Source of the DNA: the human T2T-CHM13v2.0 reference genome, Homo sapiens | Assembly: GCF_009914755.1 (NCBI RefSeq) | Contig: NC_060940.1 | Strand: one strand, 5' to 3' | Length of the DNA stretch: 64,000 bases | Part shown: piece after piece, positions 1 to 14,695 of the stretch | Layout: each line of letters begins with the position of its first letter | Position numbering within the stretch: the first letter of the stretch is position 1 | Notes under the pieces: generated by a model | What the model was told of the DNA's origin: nothing | The model's input: the letters and a program-made list of their open reading frames with translations, nothing else | Database searches by the model: none | Program-made: the position numbers and the translations under genes

Positions 1-390
1 GGTCCAGATTCCTATGATATCAAAGACACTACTAGGCTTGGAAGATCTAACAGAGGCATCATAGACTGGAAGCCTGCATTCAATTGCTATCATCTCTGTA
101 AGGAGGAGTTTATTGCACTAACTCTTGGTAGAATGTAGTAAGAACACTTGTAAGAAGAGATTGAAAACTAATGACTATTGCCATTTCTCAAATCCTTTCT
201 CCAAAGGGTATGATTTTAGTGTTTCAGAAAGCTGCAGATATTGTTAGTGCTCAGTGCAGCACACACATATTAATGAATTAAGGTATTTATTTGTTTATTT
301 TAAACAGCCAAGTGTTAAGCTTTCATGTGTAGAGAAGCTCAGCCACCTCATATTCTAGATGCCCCTCATGGCTATTGAATGAGTTGCTAG

Positions 391-945
<555 letters not shown>

Positions 946-1211
946 GGTGACAGGCATACCAAGAAGCTGATCCCTCAAGGAGACCTGGCTGACTTGAGGT
1001 GAGCAGAGCCCCGGACTTGTTGCTTCATTCATTCATGGGTCTATTTACACCATTTAGCTCCATGTGTTACTTTTGTTGAGTGGAATACTGAGAAAAAGTT
1101 TGAGAAACATTGTTCCTATTAACTTGAAGTCCATTCCATTTTCTGTTACTACAAACACATTACCTATGTTATTTTAAGTTAGAACTGAAGGGAATATCAG
1201 AACCTACTTCT

Positions 1212-1490
1212 GGCTGGGCACAGTGGCTCCTGCCTGTAATCACAACCATTTGGGAGGCCAAGATGGGAGTATCACTTGAAGCCAAGAGTTTGAGACCAGC
1301 CTGGGCAGCAAAGGGAGACCCTGTCTCTACAAAACATTAAAATAAATTACCTGGGCATGGTTGCACACACCTGTAGTCCCAGCTACTTGTGGGGCTGAGG
1401 CAGGAGGATTGAGGATGCAAGTGAGCTATGTTTGTTCCACCGCACTCCAGCCTCCAGCATCGGTAACAAGACTCCATCAAAAAAAAAAAA
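1212..1490 (+). mobile_element. AluJ
   Basis: ggctgggcacagtggctc...; J-type 'tcacttgaagccaagagtttgagaccagcctgggc'; A tail; TSD tacttct. Confidence 0.93.
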
Positions 1491-1706
1491 ATATATTACT
1501 TCTTACTCTTCAATGAACTTTAAATCTCTTCCTCAATTTTTACCTGGTCTTATTATCTCTATTTGATAGGGAGTATATATTGAAAAATATTAGCTTTTGT
1601 CATTTTAAATGAATGTACTTTTTTCTGTCTCCCTTTCTTAATCTCCTGTTCCTTATCTCCAACTCCACCAGAAAAAAATCCCATGACATTTTGATTTCAC
1701 AGAATT

Positions 1707-1880
1707 CTTTTTATTTTTTTGAAGAAATGGAGTCTCGCTATGTTGCCCAGGATTGAGTACAGTGGTTATTCTTAGGCGTGATTATAGTTCACTACAGCTT
1801 GGAACTCCTGGGCTCCGGCAATCCTCCTGCCTCATTCTCCCAAGTAGTTGGGGCTACAGGCATGCAACACTGTGCCTGGC
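1707..1880 (-). mobile_element. FAM (fossil Alu monomer)
   Basis: Single monomer keeping the 7SL-derived 'gagtacagtggttattcttaggcgtgattatagttcactacagc' segment absent from dimeric Alu; TSD ttcacagaat/ttcacaggat. Confidence 0.8.
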
Positions 1881-4627
1881 TTCACAGGATCACTTTAAAT
1901 GTGACTGCCATGCTTATGTCATGAGGGCTAACCACATGAGCATACTTACCTTTGCAAAAAAAGTTCCAATACCATTTTGAGTCTGTAGTCAAGATTGTAT
2001 AAGCACTTAGCATCTAAACCAGAAAGTACTTATGATGCTTCATATACACTATTGTTCTGCATGTGTCATTTCCAAAATATTCATTTATCAGGAAAACTGC
2101 CTAATTACCAGGTGCCAAGGGGATGCTACAGAGAGATATTTCAATAACAATTCTTGTCCCCCATGAAGGCTACAATGGCTTAACAAAAAGATGTTGATTT
2201 TTCTGTGTCGAAAAGTCACATATACCTCATCTGAGCACCAAAGGCATGCACGATGGTGTTTCCTGCCTTTTTTTTTTTTTTTTCTAGGAAGATTTGTGAG
2301 ACAGTTGAGTTTAGGACTGTAACAAACTGGCTTGGCAGGGAGAGCTTTTTCTTTATTTATTGAAATTAAATGCTAATTGATCCAAAGATGCAAACAACTA
2401 CAAGATATAAAATAGCATGTATCATGAACATTTCTGCTCCCACTGGCTTGAATCTTCCTCCAGAAGCACAGATATTGACCTATAGTAAGTGTGTTCTTTG
2501 TTGAATTCTCAAATTAATGAATTAATTCATGGGTAAATTAACAACTAAAGAGGATATTGCACATTTTTGGTGGGATTTTGGTTTTAAAACTAACTTTTGA
2601 GCTACCAGAAGCTGTTACTGATCACAATATTATTCACAAGTTGTCTCATGTGTAGAAGTCTCATCCAGCCACCTGGAGAGGAACACTCGCTACTGTTGTC
2701 TGGCCCCATCAGCACCACAGGACTTTCATCTGCATTATTTCACTAACTTCTTTGAGGGCAGGTATTTTGCAAGTAAATCAATACACTCATCTAGTGAGGT
2801 TGAGTTACCTGTTTACCTGAGGACAAGAGAACATGCAAGCTTTACTGAGAATGCCATCTTCAGTTCATTGCTAGTGTTTTCCTAGCGTCTGATGCGGAGA
2901 AGAGAAGTCACATCCAAGGTCAGAGGAAAGGACAGGCCTGAGCAATTAGCAATGTCTACCATGAACACCAAACAAGGAAGTGGCAAGTAGGTGTGCCACA
3001 CTTTGCTGACATTAATTGAGAGTTAAACTTTTTTCACTCTATTCTTCTAACTCCCCAGTAACTTCTGGAAAGAAACTGACATTTTTCTTCAATCCACCAG
3101 AGTCAAACTTAAGCACACCTTAGGTGCTCGATAGTAGGTCATTCATAAAATTGACCTAGCAAAATGACCTTCCCTTTAGCTAAATGGCAGAGATCATGAT
3201 GCTATAATGGTAACAACAGAAGCCATAACAACAAAAAACACAATATGTTTGGTATCTATGGACAATGGTTGAATCTAAGACACATCACTTCTCTATCATG
3301 ATGTATAACCTTACCTCCCCAGTAAGACCAAAGGAATTTAATGAAATAGCATTCTTCCCCATGGATGATATTATCTGTCTCTCTGTCTCTCTCTCTCTTT
3401 CTGCCCTTAATCGAAAATCACATTTGAATGCTGTCTCTTCTCATGCATCTTCAAGATTTATTCATGAGTCACAGCTGAATGCTCTATGAGTTGTATTTAT
3501 GTGAACAAACACACATAAAAAAAAGAAAGAATCAGTTCCATTATCTAGATAGATGTGTGTTTGTCAGCATCTGAGAGAATATCCATCCTGGATGGTATAA
3601 GTATTCAGCCACTCTTTTAAAAACATCAGTCAGGCATTGTAAGACATATAACTACAGCATAAGCAATGACCTTTAGACATGTCTCCCTCCTATTATCTGC
3701 ACACGGTGAAATAGAAACAAGTTGATATTGGAAATCTCTGTAGTATCAGTTTAGAAGCTATTTATTTCAAATGTATTCTGCTTGGTGCACCAACCATAAT
3801 TTTATTAACAATAGCAATATATTGAGACATAATTCAAAGGAATTCTAACAGGTATTCATTCACTCCACCCACTCCCCCTATCCCCAACACATGTGCACAT
3901 GCACAAAGACACACACACTTTTGACAAGAATCACAGGGCTCATTATTTTTACCTACCAGCAAAAAGCCTCATGTCATTTAAAATATGTATAACTTTTTAA
4001 ATTAAATTTATAAAACCTTCTAGTGTACAGTATCTTCAAGGGGCATCGCTTTCACAGCAACATATTCTGCAAGCCTTGTAATCTTTCAAAGGACTCGGCC
4101 TCAGTGATTAATTGACTCTTCCCTTCTCTAAAGGACAAATAGCACTTAGAACAGAAAAGGAGCTTTATTTTGGCCAGACAGTTTCCCCAGGATTTTTTTT
4201 TAGATGTAGGTCACATTACATTGGCACTCCAGCCAAACTTACTTCCTGCTGCCGCTCCCATCAATATTGAATGACTCACTAGAAAAACTGGTGGCAGGAA
4301 TGTTGTTAATGACACTTCATGAAAAAAAAAACCCATAAGACAACTTGAGGTGTGAATTTTGACAATTAATCAAGCTTATGCCAATTGGCGCTTTCCTATC
4401 ATTTACCTTAAAAAAAAAAAAATCCATTGACCATAAAATAAAAGTGCTCTGCCTTCTTTACAACAGAAATCATGACACAATTTTCCCAGTAACTGTCTGA
4501 ACATCTTACAAAGCATGTGTGTGAGTTGTCATCAATCCTTCCTAGGCTAAAAACATAATAGAGTCAAAATATGCTCAGTTTTCTATACCAGGCATAAGTC
4601 TACAAAATGATGATCTCGTTCCATCAA

Positions 4628-5120
4628 CAATTAGCTTTCTGTTGCCACTGTAACAAATTACTACAAGCCTAGTCGCTTTAAGAAACGTGAATTTATTCTC
4701 TTATAGTTCTGGAGATCATGTGTCTGACAGGAATAAAACCAAATTATTAACAGAGCTGGTTCTTCCTGGAGGCTCTGAGGGGAGAATCCAAGTCTTTGCC
4801 TTTTTCAGCTTCTGGTGGCCTCCTATATTCATTAGTCTGTGATTCTTTCCTCTGTTTTCATAGCATACAATTCTAATCCCTATTTCTCTCATCGCATTGC
4901 TCACTTTTCTTCTGAAGACAAATCTCCCTCTGCCTCTTTTTTATATAGATAGTTTAGTTACATTTAGGGCCCACCTAAGTAATCCAGAATAGATATTGCC
5001 ACCTCAAGATCCATAACTTAATCATGCTTGTGAAGTCCCTTTTGCCATATAAATTAACATTCATGGGTTCCAGGGATTAGGTCCTAGATATCTTAACAGA
5101 CCATTATTTTCCCATCCACA
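4628..5120 (-). mobile_element. MLT1 (MaLR) solo LTR, MLT1C/D-like
   Basis: 'gttgccactgtaacaaattactacaag..tttattctcttatagttctggag..ggaggctctgaggggagaatcc..aagtcccttttgccatataa..ccattattttcccatccaca'. Confidence 0.85.
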
Positions 5121-5233
5121 TCAACTAATTAAGTTGTTTGCCAAAATAAGAGGGAAATAAGATTGACTTCCTTTTTAAAATTAAGCCTTAATTCAGAAAG
5201 AGGATATCTAGAAGTCATAACTTGAAAAAAAGA

Positions 5234-5340
5234 ATAAAAATCTAACCTGTAATATCAAGTTTAATACTTAGTATTATATTTGAAGCATAAAAATCTAACC
5301 TGTAATATCAAGTTTAGTACTTAGTATTATATTTGAAGCA
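5234..5340. repeat. 53-bp tandem duplication (2 copies, 1 mismatch)
   Basis: ataaaaatctaacctgtaatatcaagttta(a/g)tacttagtattatatttgaagc at 5234-5286 and 5287-5339. Confidence 0.97.
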
Positions 5341-5679
5341 GTTTATTGGAAATGAATAAGGATTAATATTATATCATTAAGAAACTGGAAGCAGAGGCTA
5401 TGTACCAATCAGGGTTTTTGGTTGCAAGTAATAGAATCAAGCCTGAGCTAATTTAAGGAAAACAAGAAATTTGTTAATTTCTTGTTAATTAGTTAATCAA
5501 TTTAATTAATCAGTGGGAGACTAGAGGGTTCAGCTATAACTTTGGGCAGCAATCAAGAAAGGCTGACCATAAGGAGGCATGACTTAGTTTACACAATAGG
5601 AACAGTTTGGTCTGTATGATTGTTCTGGACTTTTGATGGGGAAGCCCAAGGTGCAAAGCATGGCAATAAAGCCAAGATG

Positions 5680-5860
5680 CCTGGGGTTTCATCCAGGAGC
5701 AAGTTTTACTAATAAATTTGAACAAATTGCTTAAAATCTCACTAGTTTCCTCATATGTAAAGTAGATAACATAAGAGTACTCAATGCATAAAGCTATGAG
5801 GATTAAGAGAGGTAATATTTATAAAAGTACTTACAACAAACACGTAGTGTTGAAAATAAA
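5680..5860 (+). mobile_element. MIR
   Basis: Core motif 'ttgaacaaattgcttaaaatctc..agtttcctcatatgtaaagtagataa..atgaggattaagagaggtaatatttataaaagtactta'. Confidence 0.7.
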
Positions 5861-7829
5861 TTGGAGAAATCAGGAAACTTTATTATTCTTGCAAACCAAC
5901 TCATGAATGATTTATCAACTGTCCCTGAGTCTGCCTTGATGTCTTAAGATTCAAACTATGAACAAGATCATTTGAATCCATCCTTCCCTAGTTCTCAGAG
6001 GATGGAAACAAGGAAACTCTTTTATCTTTGTTTTCATAGGGAAAGCAAAACTGTATCTCACCCATTGAGCAGTGTCCCTCTAATAGGAAGACTATTTGGG
6101 CACCGAATTGAAGATAAAGAAAAGACAAATGTCTCTATAGCCCATGTTGACAGGTACAAGGCAAAATTGACTTTAGAATAGGAGAAGTCAATTAAAAGTA
6201 ATCCACAGCCAACAGAAAAATACAATGGCCACTTGGCCATTTCCCCACTGTTTCCCTTTCCTTCACTGGCCTTTGTTCATTTCCTTAATCCTTGTTTATC
6301 TAATTTTTCTGATAGAAGTTTAATTTTCAATTGTGTTTCTTGGTATGCATTATAAAAAGTTTAAAAAACATCAAAAAAATACGAATCTAGTTTGTGTGTC
6401 TATTTATTGTACATGTATATTGGATGTCTGTAATTTGGATAGATTTCTTAAATGGGTGCATTTCACATTTGAAGATAAAGCACATGGTAGGGGGTTTGGA
6501 GAACAGGCTTTTTATATTGATAATAATCAAATAAAATTCTACATTCATCTGAAATGATTTTATTAAAATGTTTAAATTCAATCAGAAGCAAATCTAAAAT
6601 AAAAATGGCATCTAATTCTGGATGGTGAAAGCACAGGTATTAATTATATTTTTCTAGTTTATTAATCTTTTGATTTCTCAAAAATATTTATACCATGTTA
6701 AGGCATAACAAAATAGAAAGAAAAAAAGGCCACTGAATGTATTTTAAAAGCTTGAACATTTAGTAACATGTTCAAACTCACAACGTGGAGAGAAGGAAAA
6801 AGTCTTTCTAGTTGTAAGAAACAAAATTTAATAAAAAGTGCATTAAATTAATTGTATTCGGTCCAATGAAAACAGAAAAGTCATATGAATATGAAAAAGA
6901 CCACACAGCATGGAAGAGGGAAAAGGTTTGAATAATAATTACTCCAGTCTGACTTGAAACAGCTCTTTGTTTCACTCTAAGACAAAGGCCAAAGGCTTAA
7001 AAGAGAAGTAGACTTTTCCTAACATGTTGAGGTAAAAAAAAAACTCCTGTTTGTGAATACAGTGAGAATTGACCTGGTCAATCTCTGACAAAAGCAGACC
7101 AGGAACAGGAACAAGACAAAAAAGAATCACAACTCATTAAAAATTCTTACACAAAGATCATAGACAGCTTAAAACTTGACGACATCTCAAAGGGGTTAAT
7201 CCTACCTGGTTAGAAATGAGAAAACTAAGGCCCAAAGAAAGTGGTGACAAGAATTACATAACCAGCGCTTGGCAGCCTAAAAGTGGAACCTAGATCTTCT
7301 GACCCCCTGACAAATGAATATCCATCCCCTTAACATGTCATACAAAGGGCTTTGACATCCAGCTCCTGCCTGCCTTCCAGTGCTGACCTCCCACAATGCA
7401 TCCCATGCTCAAGTTTGGATCCTCTGGTACTGCAGCAACTCTCATTTCTCTATACCTTTGCACAGAATTTCCCTGTGCTGTGTAAAGAAGGTCAATGAGC
7501 TCTTTTTATCATTCAAGTCTGACCCCTTCCTTTGATCTTCCCAACTTCCAGCCCAAGCTGAATACCTCACTTTTTGTTCTCATAATAACCAGTACCTCCC
7601 TTTGTCATAGCCTTTATCATTTGTTTTGTCCTCTCTCCCACTAGACTGTGACCACCTAGAAAAAAGAGAATACATTTCTGTACACCTGTTAAATTAAGAG
7701 ATTTGTTGCCAAAGTCCTTTGCATTGTGTGTCTAGGTACCCTCCCAGGCCCTCCTAGAGAGGGAAGAGGGGAAAAGGCATAATCAGGAAAATGATTCCCC
7801 AGGAGTTCTCAGCTTTGACATTATGTCAC

Positions 7830-10800
7830 TATTAATCCCATCCTTGAGAAGACTGAAGTTCAGCAGAGAAGTGACTGAGAACCTAGATGTACAGAAACTT
7901 GAAATAACAGCATAGAAAGAGAAGTGAAGAAGTGAGCCAGTTTTGGCTCAAAGGCAGTAAGGACTCCCCTTTGCAAACAAAAGGTGAGATATCCCTAAAA
8001 GGTCATATTCCTACTATAGACACCTGCATTCCTAGCAACAAGAGAGCCCCTCAACCTCCAAAGGCCCTGAGACTCTGAGGCCCCCAGTATAGGAAGCTGC
8101 CTGGTGTCCACACAACTACTTTGCCCCTTAGAGGAAGTTCGCACTGGGTTCCCCTCACTCCCTGGGGTCCATGCTGCTGCAGCATGACATCATTTTGAGA
8201 GAAGAGCCAACACCAGACTACATCCTGCCCTGGGGCCCAATAATCCCTGTATCACCAAATCACTGGGGCCTCATCAGCATCTCCCCAGGTGACACCAGCT
8301 GAACCCAGGGAAGCAGCTACATCCCTGACACTTGAGCCCACACAGCACCCTCCACCCACGGAACAGGCAGTTCTGCACATTAAAGAGGCTGCTCCCAGGA
8401 TAAATGGAGCCAAAGTGGGCACTCCCTGAAGCCTGAAAGAAGTCTACCAGGGATGTTGCCACTGACAGTGACCCTCTCCTCTCCAATTGTGGGGCCACCA
8501 TGCACTCAGGTGTGCTGCCCAAGACCCAAAACCTAGCTTGCTTCAGCCACTATGGCTACCACAGTCTGAGTGTGCCTTCTGGAGGCCTGAGAACTGGCTC
8601 TTAAAGGGCTGCTGCTACCACCACTGAGTCCTGTGCATGCCACCCAAGGGTCTGAGAAGCTGCCCACCCAGGGAAGACTACCACCACAGCTGGTGCCCTC
8701 GTGTACCACCTAGGGGTTAGAGGACCAGCCCACCTGGGGCCCCAGTCGCCAGCAGAGTCTCACCATAGCCTCCACAAATGACCACAGCCTAAGCTATTGA
8801 GGAATTTATAGACATCGCCAACACTGATTACAGCCAAAGAAATTATATGGAGACTGCACTACAATGCTCACCCAGAACTAAAGCCAAAGTACCCTACCCA
8901 ACAGATACTATGATATATCTATAGTAAAATGTCTTTCCCAACAAAAGCTACTCCATAAAATTGGAAGAAATAACCTTTACACCAAAGATGTAGATATTAA
9001 TGCAAGACCAAAAGAAATATGAAAAAGCAATGAAACACAATAACTCTCCAGTAAAAGACTTCAAAGAAAAGAAAAATCTATTAAAAGCCTGAAAAGAAAT
9101 TCAAAATGATGATCTTAAAGAAACTCAGTGAGATATAAGAGAACACAGTAGACAATACAAAGAAATAAGAAAACAATTCATAATGTGAATGATAAATTCA
9201 ACAAAGAGATAGATATAAAAAAGAATAAAATAGAAATACTGACAATAAAGAATTCAGTCAATAAAATAAATAATAAAATCAAGAGCTTAAACAATAGACT
9301 AGAGCAAGAAGAAGAAAGAATTTCTAAACTTAAAGATGATCTTTTGAAATAACCTAGTCAGATAAAAAAGAGGAAAGAAAAAGAAAGAATGAAAAAGAAT
9401 GAAGAAAGCCTACATAACATATGGGCCACTATCAAGAAAACATATGTTGAAATGTTGAGAATTTCAGAAGGGAAAAGATTGGAAAAGGCCTAGAAAAATT
9501 ATTTAATAAAATGATAGCTAAAAACTTCCCATGTCTTAGAAGAGAAGTAGACATTTAGATACAGGAAGCTCAGCTATTCCAAATACATTTCACTGAAAAA
9601 GTTCCTCTCTGAGGCACATTGTAGTCAAACTGCCAAAAGTCAAAAAAAAAAAAAAAAAAAGAATTATAAAAACAGCAAGAGAAAAGCATCAGGTCATATA
9701 TAAGAAAATTCCCATCAGACTAATAGCAGATTTCTCAGCAGAAACTTGAGAGGCCAGGAGAGAATAAAATGATATATTCAAAGTGCTGAAGAAAAAAAAA
9801 AAAAAGGCAGCCAAGAGTACTATACCCAGCAAAACTATCCTTCAAAAGTGAAGGAGAAAGAAAATATTTCCCAGACAAGCAAAAACTGAAGGATTTGTCA
9901 CCACTAGACAAGTCCTACAAGAACTGCTTAACAGAGTCCTAGATCTGGAAGTAAAAAGATAATATTTAACATCATAAAAACACACGAACATGTAAAGCTC
10001 ACTGGCAGAGTAGAAACACAAATAACAAAGAGAGAGGAATGAAATATTATCACTACAGAAATCCAAATCAAGAAGATAAACAGTAAGAGAGGAAGAAAAG
10101 AACAAAGGACATATGAAACAATCAGAAATCAACAAGATAATAGGAGTACATCTTCACCTATCAAAAGCAACCTTGAATGTAAACAGTTTAAATTCTCCAA
10201 TTAAAAAATACTGATTGGTTTAGTCAATTTTACAAAAAAAATACCCAAATATAAGCTGCCTAGAAAAAAAATCACTTCACCTGTAAAGACAAACATAGAC
10301 TGAAAAGTGAAGAGATAGAAAAAGGTATTTCATGCAAAGAAAAATAAAAAGTGTACAGGAATAGCTATACTTTTATCTGACAAAATAGACTTTAAGACGA
10401 AAACATAAAAAGAGGCAAAGAAGGCCATTATATAATGATAAAGAGTTCAGTTCAGCAAGAGAACATAACAATTATACATTTATGTGCACTCAACACTGGA
10501 GCACCTAGATATATAAAACAAATATTGTTACAGCTAAAGAGAAAAATTAATTCCAAGACAATAATAGTAGGGGACTTTAATATATCGCTTTCAGCACTGG
10601 AAAGATCATCCAAACAGAAATAACAAAGAAATATCATATTTAAACTGCACTATAGACCAAATGAACTTAACTTTATAGAACATTTCATCCAAAGCTATAG
10701 AATATACATTATTCCCCTCAACAAATGGAATATTCTCCAGGATAGACCATATGTTAAGCCAGAAAATAAAGCTCAAAAAATATTAAAAGTATTAAAAAAT

Positions 10801-11658
10801 TAAAATTACATCAAGTATCTTCTCAGACCATTATAGAAAAAAACTAGAAATCAATAATGAGAGAAACTCTGGAAGCTGTACAAATTAAAGCTATAGAAAT
10901 TAAATAGCATACTTCTGAACACTTGAGTCAATGAAGAAATTAAGGCAAAGTTTAAAAAATGACTTGAAATAAATGAAAATGGAAACACAATACACCAAAA
11001 CCCACTGGATATAAAAAAGCAGTAATAAAAGAGAAGTTAATAGCAATAAATGCCTATGTCAGAAAAGTAGTAAGATTTCAAATAAAAAACCTAACAATGC
11101 ACCTTGAGAAACTAGGAAATCAAGAACAAATCAAACCCCAAATTAGCAGAAGAAAAGAAAATAGAGATCAGAGCAGAACTAAACAAAACTATAAAATATA
11201 AAAGAGCAAGAAAACAAAAAATTGTTTTTTGAAAAGATAAACATAATTAACAAATCATTAGCTGGACTAAGAAAATAAAAAGATGACTCAAATAAATAAA
11301 ATCAGAAACCAAAAAGGAGACATTGAGCCTGATGCCAAAGAACTACAAAGGATCTTAGATATTGTTATGAACAACTATACACAAACAAATTAGAAATTCT
11401 AAAGGAAATTGATGATTTTCTTGATACATACAACCTAGCAATACTGAGCCAGTAAGAAATAGAAAACCTTAACATACCAATAATGAATAACCAGATTGAA
11501 TTCGTAATAAAAAGTCTCCCAACAAAGAAAAAACCAGAACTGGATAGCTTCACTGCAAAATGGGATGATATATTCAATGTGCTATATAGAATTTAGCAAT
11601 TCTTCTCAACTCTTTCTAAAAATTGAAGAGGAGGAAATTTTTCCTAATTCTATGAGGG
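7830..11658 (+). mobile_element. Old L1 (L1M/L1MA-type): 5'UTR, ORF1 and endonuclease part of ORF2; 3' half missing
   Basis: GC-richer 5'UTR ~7830-8900; degenerate ORF1 ~9000-9975; ORF2 EN remnant in ORF 10435-10623 (QQENITIIHLCALNTGAPRYIKQIL..TIIVGDFN); many frameshifts and stops; start coordinate approximate. Confidence 0.9.
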
Positions 11659-11827
11659 CAGGAACCACATTTGCCCTTACCTGTGCCTTTCAAGCCTTTT
11701 ATACAAAAGTATGTAATAAATGCTTGTAGATGATAATCCTGTTACTAAAACAACATTTCATAGCAAGACTGCTATTGTTAGTAACAGGTTAAAAGATGAT
11801 AAGGAATCAAAAGTCTGTGCGTATATG

Positions 11828-11828
<1 letters not shown>

Positions 11829-11862
<34 letters not shown>
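11829..11862. repeat. (TG)17 microsatellite
   Basis: Perfect TG run. Confidence 0.98.
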
Positions 11863-11865
<3 letters not shown>

Positions 11866-14299
11866 ATATATGTGTAATCAAAGAAAGGTAACTCCTTGCT
11901 GGAAATCTAATGTGGCACCAGGCTAGCTAGCATTGTAGATGGGCCTCGAAGAGATACTGGTCAAGAAAGTTGGTAGAATAGAGGAATGGAACGAAGCCAG
12001 AAACGTTGTCTTGTGTTTTATGAATTTGTAAATCTCATATGGTAGAGACCTTCTCTTGTACCCATTGCCTTTCCTGCCATCTCTGTTTGGGTCATTGTTG
12101 ATCATAAATCATGTAGCTTTATGTCCACGTTGCCTTGATTCTTTGACTGGTATCCATGCTGAACAGAAGACATGGGCTGACAAAAAATAGACTTTTGCCC
12201 TCCTGGGGCCCTGTGTAAACTGCCTTTGCATCAGGGCCACTGAGGCTGCCAGCTGCCTGTCTTTTTCAGTGCTCAGTAGTGTTGACTTTTCTAGACAGGG
12301 AGAAGGGAAAAGACAGGCGCAGATGACATAAAATTGTTCTATGATCAAGTTAAAAAGAATCTGGGACAGTAAAATTTCTGTATTGCAGGACCTCTCAGAG
12401 ACTTTAGTATGAAAATAATGACTCCAAGAAGGGCACATAATTTGTAGAGTGTCCCACAATTAACTGATCCCACAACAATATTTTAATTGGGCTATCTTGT
12501 AGCAGTAGCATTCTATGACACACACTTTGAAGAATGCTGTATTAGTTAAATAAAAACCTACCAATGTAAAACAAGCTTATTGGGTTAACAGAATATGGAA
12601 CGACAGGAAAGAGGTTCTCATCTACCATTAAAGTTTATTTTTTTTTAAACACACTTGTATTGCATGATATACCAGCTGGAAAATACTGTAGTAGACTACA
12701 GCTATCCCCCATGGAATCATTTTATCTGATAACATCTCTGTTGATTTCTGCTCCAGTGTTTCTCCCTTTGAGAAGTTCCACATACTCTGGTCTAATTGAG
12801 AATCTGATTGCTAGCCAATTTAGGATTCTCAGGCTCTGCTAGAAACAGCACTGACGGCTCAGTTCCTGGAACAAACTAAGCCCTCAATATGTGTTATTAT
12901 CAGTGACTAAATGATTGGTGGATTGTGCAATAGCTTTCCACATGCATGTCCTGATCAGACTTTTTAGGTAACAATCCTGTTTATTGAGTTTAACTGGTCC
13001 CTCACTCTTCCTCATTTTTAAAAGAAAAATCACTGGTGTTTTCTTACACAAATAGTGCATTAAGGATTCTATTGAGAAGAAAACAAAAAGACTCAGAAAA
13101 CTCAACTTTGATCCTTGATTTTGCTCCTGGAAACTAAACTGCAACTGACCAGCTAAACTGAATGCTCAGATCATCAGCCCAAATTCCCCAGAGATCACTG
13201 GCACCTTTACATGGCACCCAGAGCCAAACTGCTCTACAGTGCTGCCCAATGGAGGTGTAGTATTAAGCAGTCTGTGGTGGCAGGTGCTTGGAAACCACAC
13301 AGTTCCCCATAAACATCAGCAACGTGAGGCAGAAAAAAAAATTGACTGTTGCAAAATCAATCACAAAGTGCTTATTAAGTAATGTAGCCTGAAAAAATGT
13401 AAATCTTACATAGTCTTTGAGCTTGGAATTTTATGTGAAATTGTGCCATCCATTACTTGCTTATAGTGTGTGTTTTCTATGGACAATTGTGTTCACACCT
13501 ATTGAGGTTTAGTCACCTTTATAGTGTTATTTGAATTTATTTAAAACTATTTTTACTATGGAAATTTCTAGATAAAGTTTAGAGTGATTTTCTTATCTGA
13601 TTAAGAAAGAATATACAAATATGATAGAGTGTTTGGCTGCAAATCTTGCATAATGGCAAAAACAAATACCGCTCTGAAGGAACAGAGATAAAGGAAAATG
13701 GAAAACAAACTTCAAAATGTGTCACAAGGAAAAAATTCCTACCAAGAAATATGCTCTTTTCTAAACTTCATATTTATAACTTGGGAAACACATTTTATTT
13801 CAAGCAGAAGCAATATAACAAATGCATTTTACAAGGTAACACATAAACTTATACACAACAACTTTTAAACTTTATGGGAGCAGTTCCAGAAGCCTGGTGT
13901 AAAGATGATATCTGGCAAAGTAAAGGCTTGGGGAGGTATTAATTGGCCCCTATGGGTCCTTCTTCTGGGGAAAATAGAAACTGGGAACTAAGACAAGAGT
14001 CTTCCCCAGGTTCATTGCATGGTTTCTGATTCTGAGTATTAGTGGCCAGTCTCATTCTTACATCTTTATAAAAGGTTTAGTAAATTTTTCCTATCATCAA
14101 GCAATGGCATCAATGCCTATCCACATATACCCACATCAGTCTAGCATTCAAAACCCTTCAGAATTTAGTCTCACCCTGACTAACCAATCTCAGCTTCTTA
14201 TCATTCCTTCTTTCCACAGTTTCAAACCTCCCTTCCAAAGAATCTACTCATTACCTCCAATCACAGGCCAGCATAATTTGAACAACTCTCTTTGTTAAT

Positions 14300-14695
14300 A
14301 TTTTTTAATGCTGGGAACAGAAAACCCAACAAAGAAAGGCCTTAGTTGTGTCATATAAGTGACAAGTTCAAATATGGCTTGATCCAGTGATCTCTGAAAC
14401 TATTTTCTCTGAATCTCTTGACTATATCCTACTCTATGCTTTGGCACCAGTATAAATATGGCTTCTCTAATGCAGCAGTTTCTTGGCTCCACATCTGCAT
14501 ATGAAACTGATCAGGGAAAGACTTTTATCCTACCATTTAAGTAAAAGCCCTAGCCCAAATTAATCACCAAGACCTGGGGGATGGAATGACTTAGCCTAGA
14601 CCAAAGGATCTACTTCCAGAACTAGGGGTGGAATCAGGTTTTCCAGAGCCATGTGGGTCCCCAAACAAATGCTGGGGTGTGTTGGGAAGGCATAA
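14300..14695. mobile_element. Ancient MLT1 (K/L-like) LTR fragment
   Basis: 'aacagaaaacccaac..atggcttgatccag..atcaccaagacctgggggatggaatg..ggggtggaatcag' resembles late MLT1 LTRs; highly diverged. Confidence 0.5.

Noticed and set aside
5234-5340. Direct repeats as a CRISPR-like array
   Set aside because: Only two adjacent copies, no spacers, eukaryotic context.
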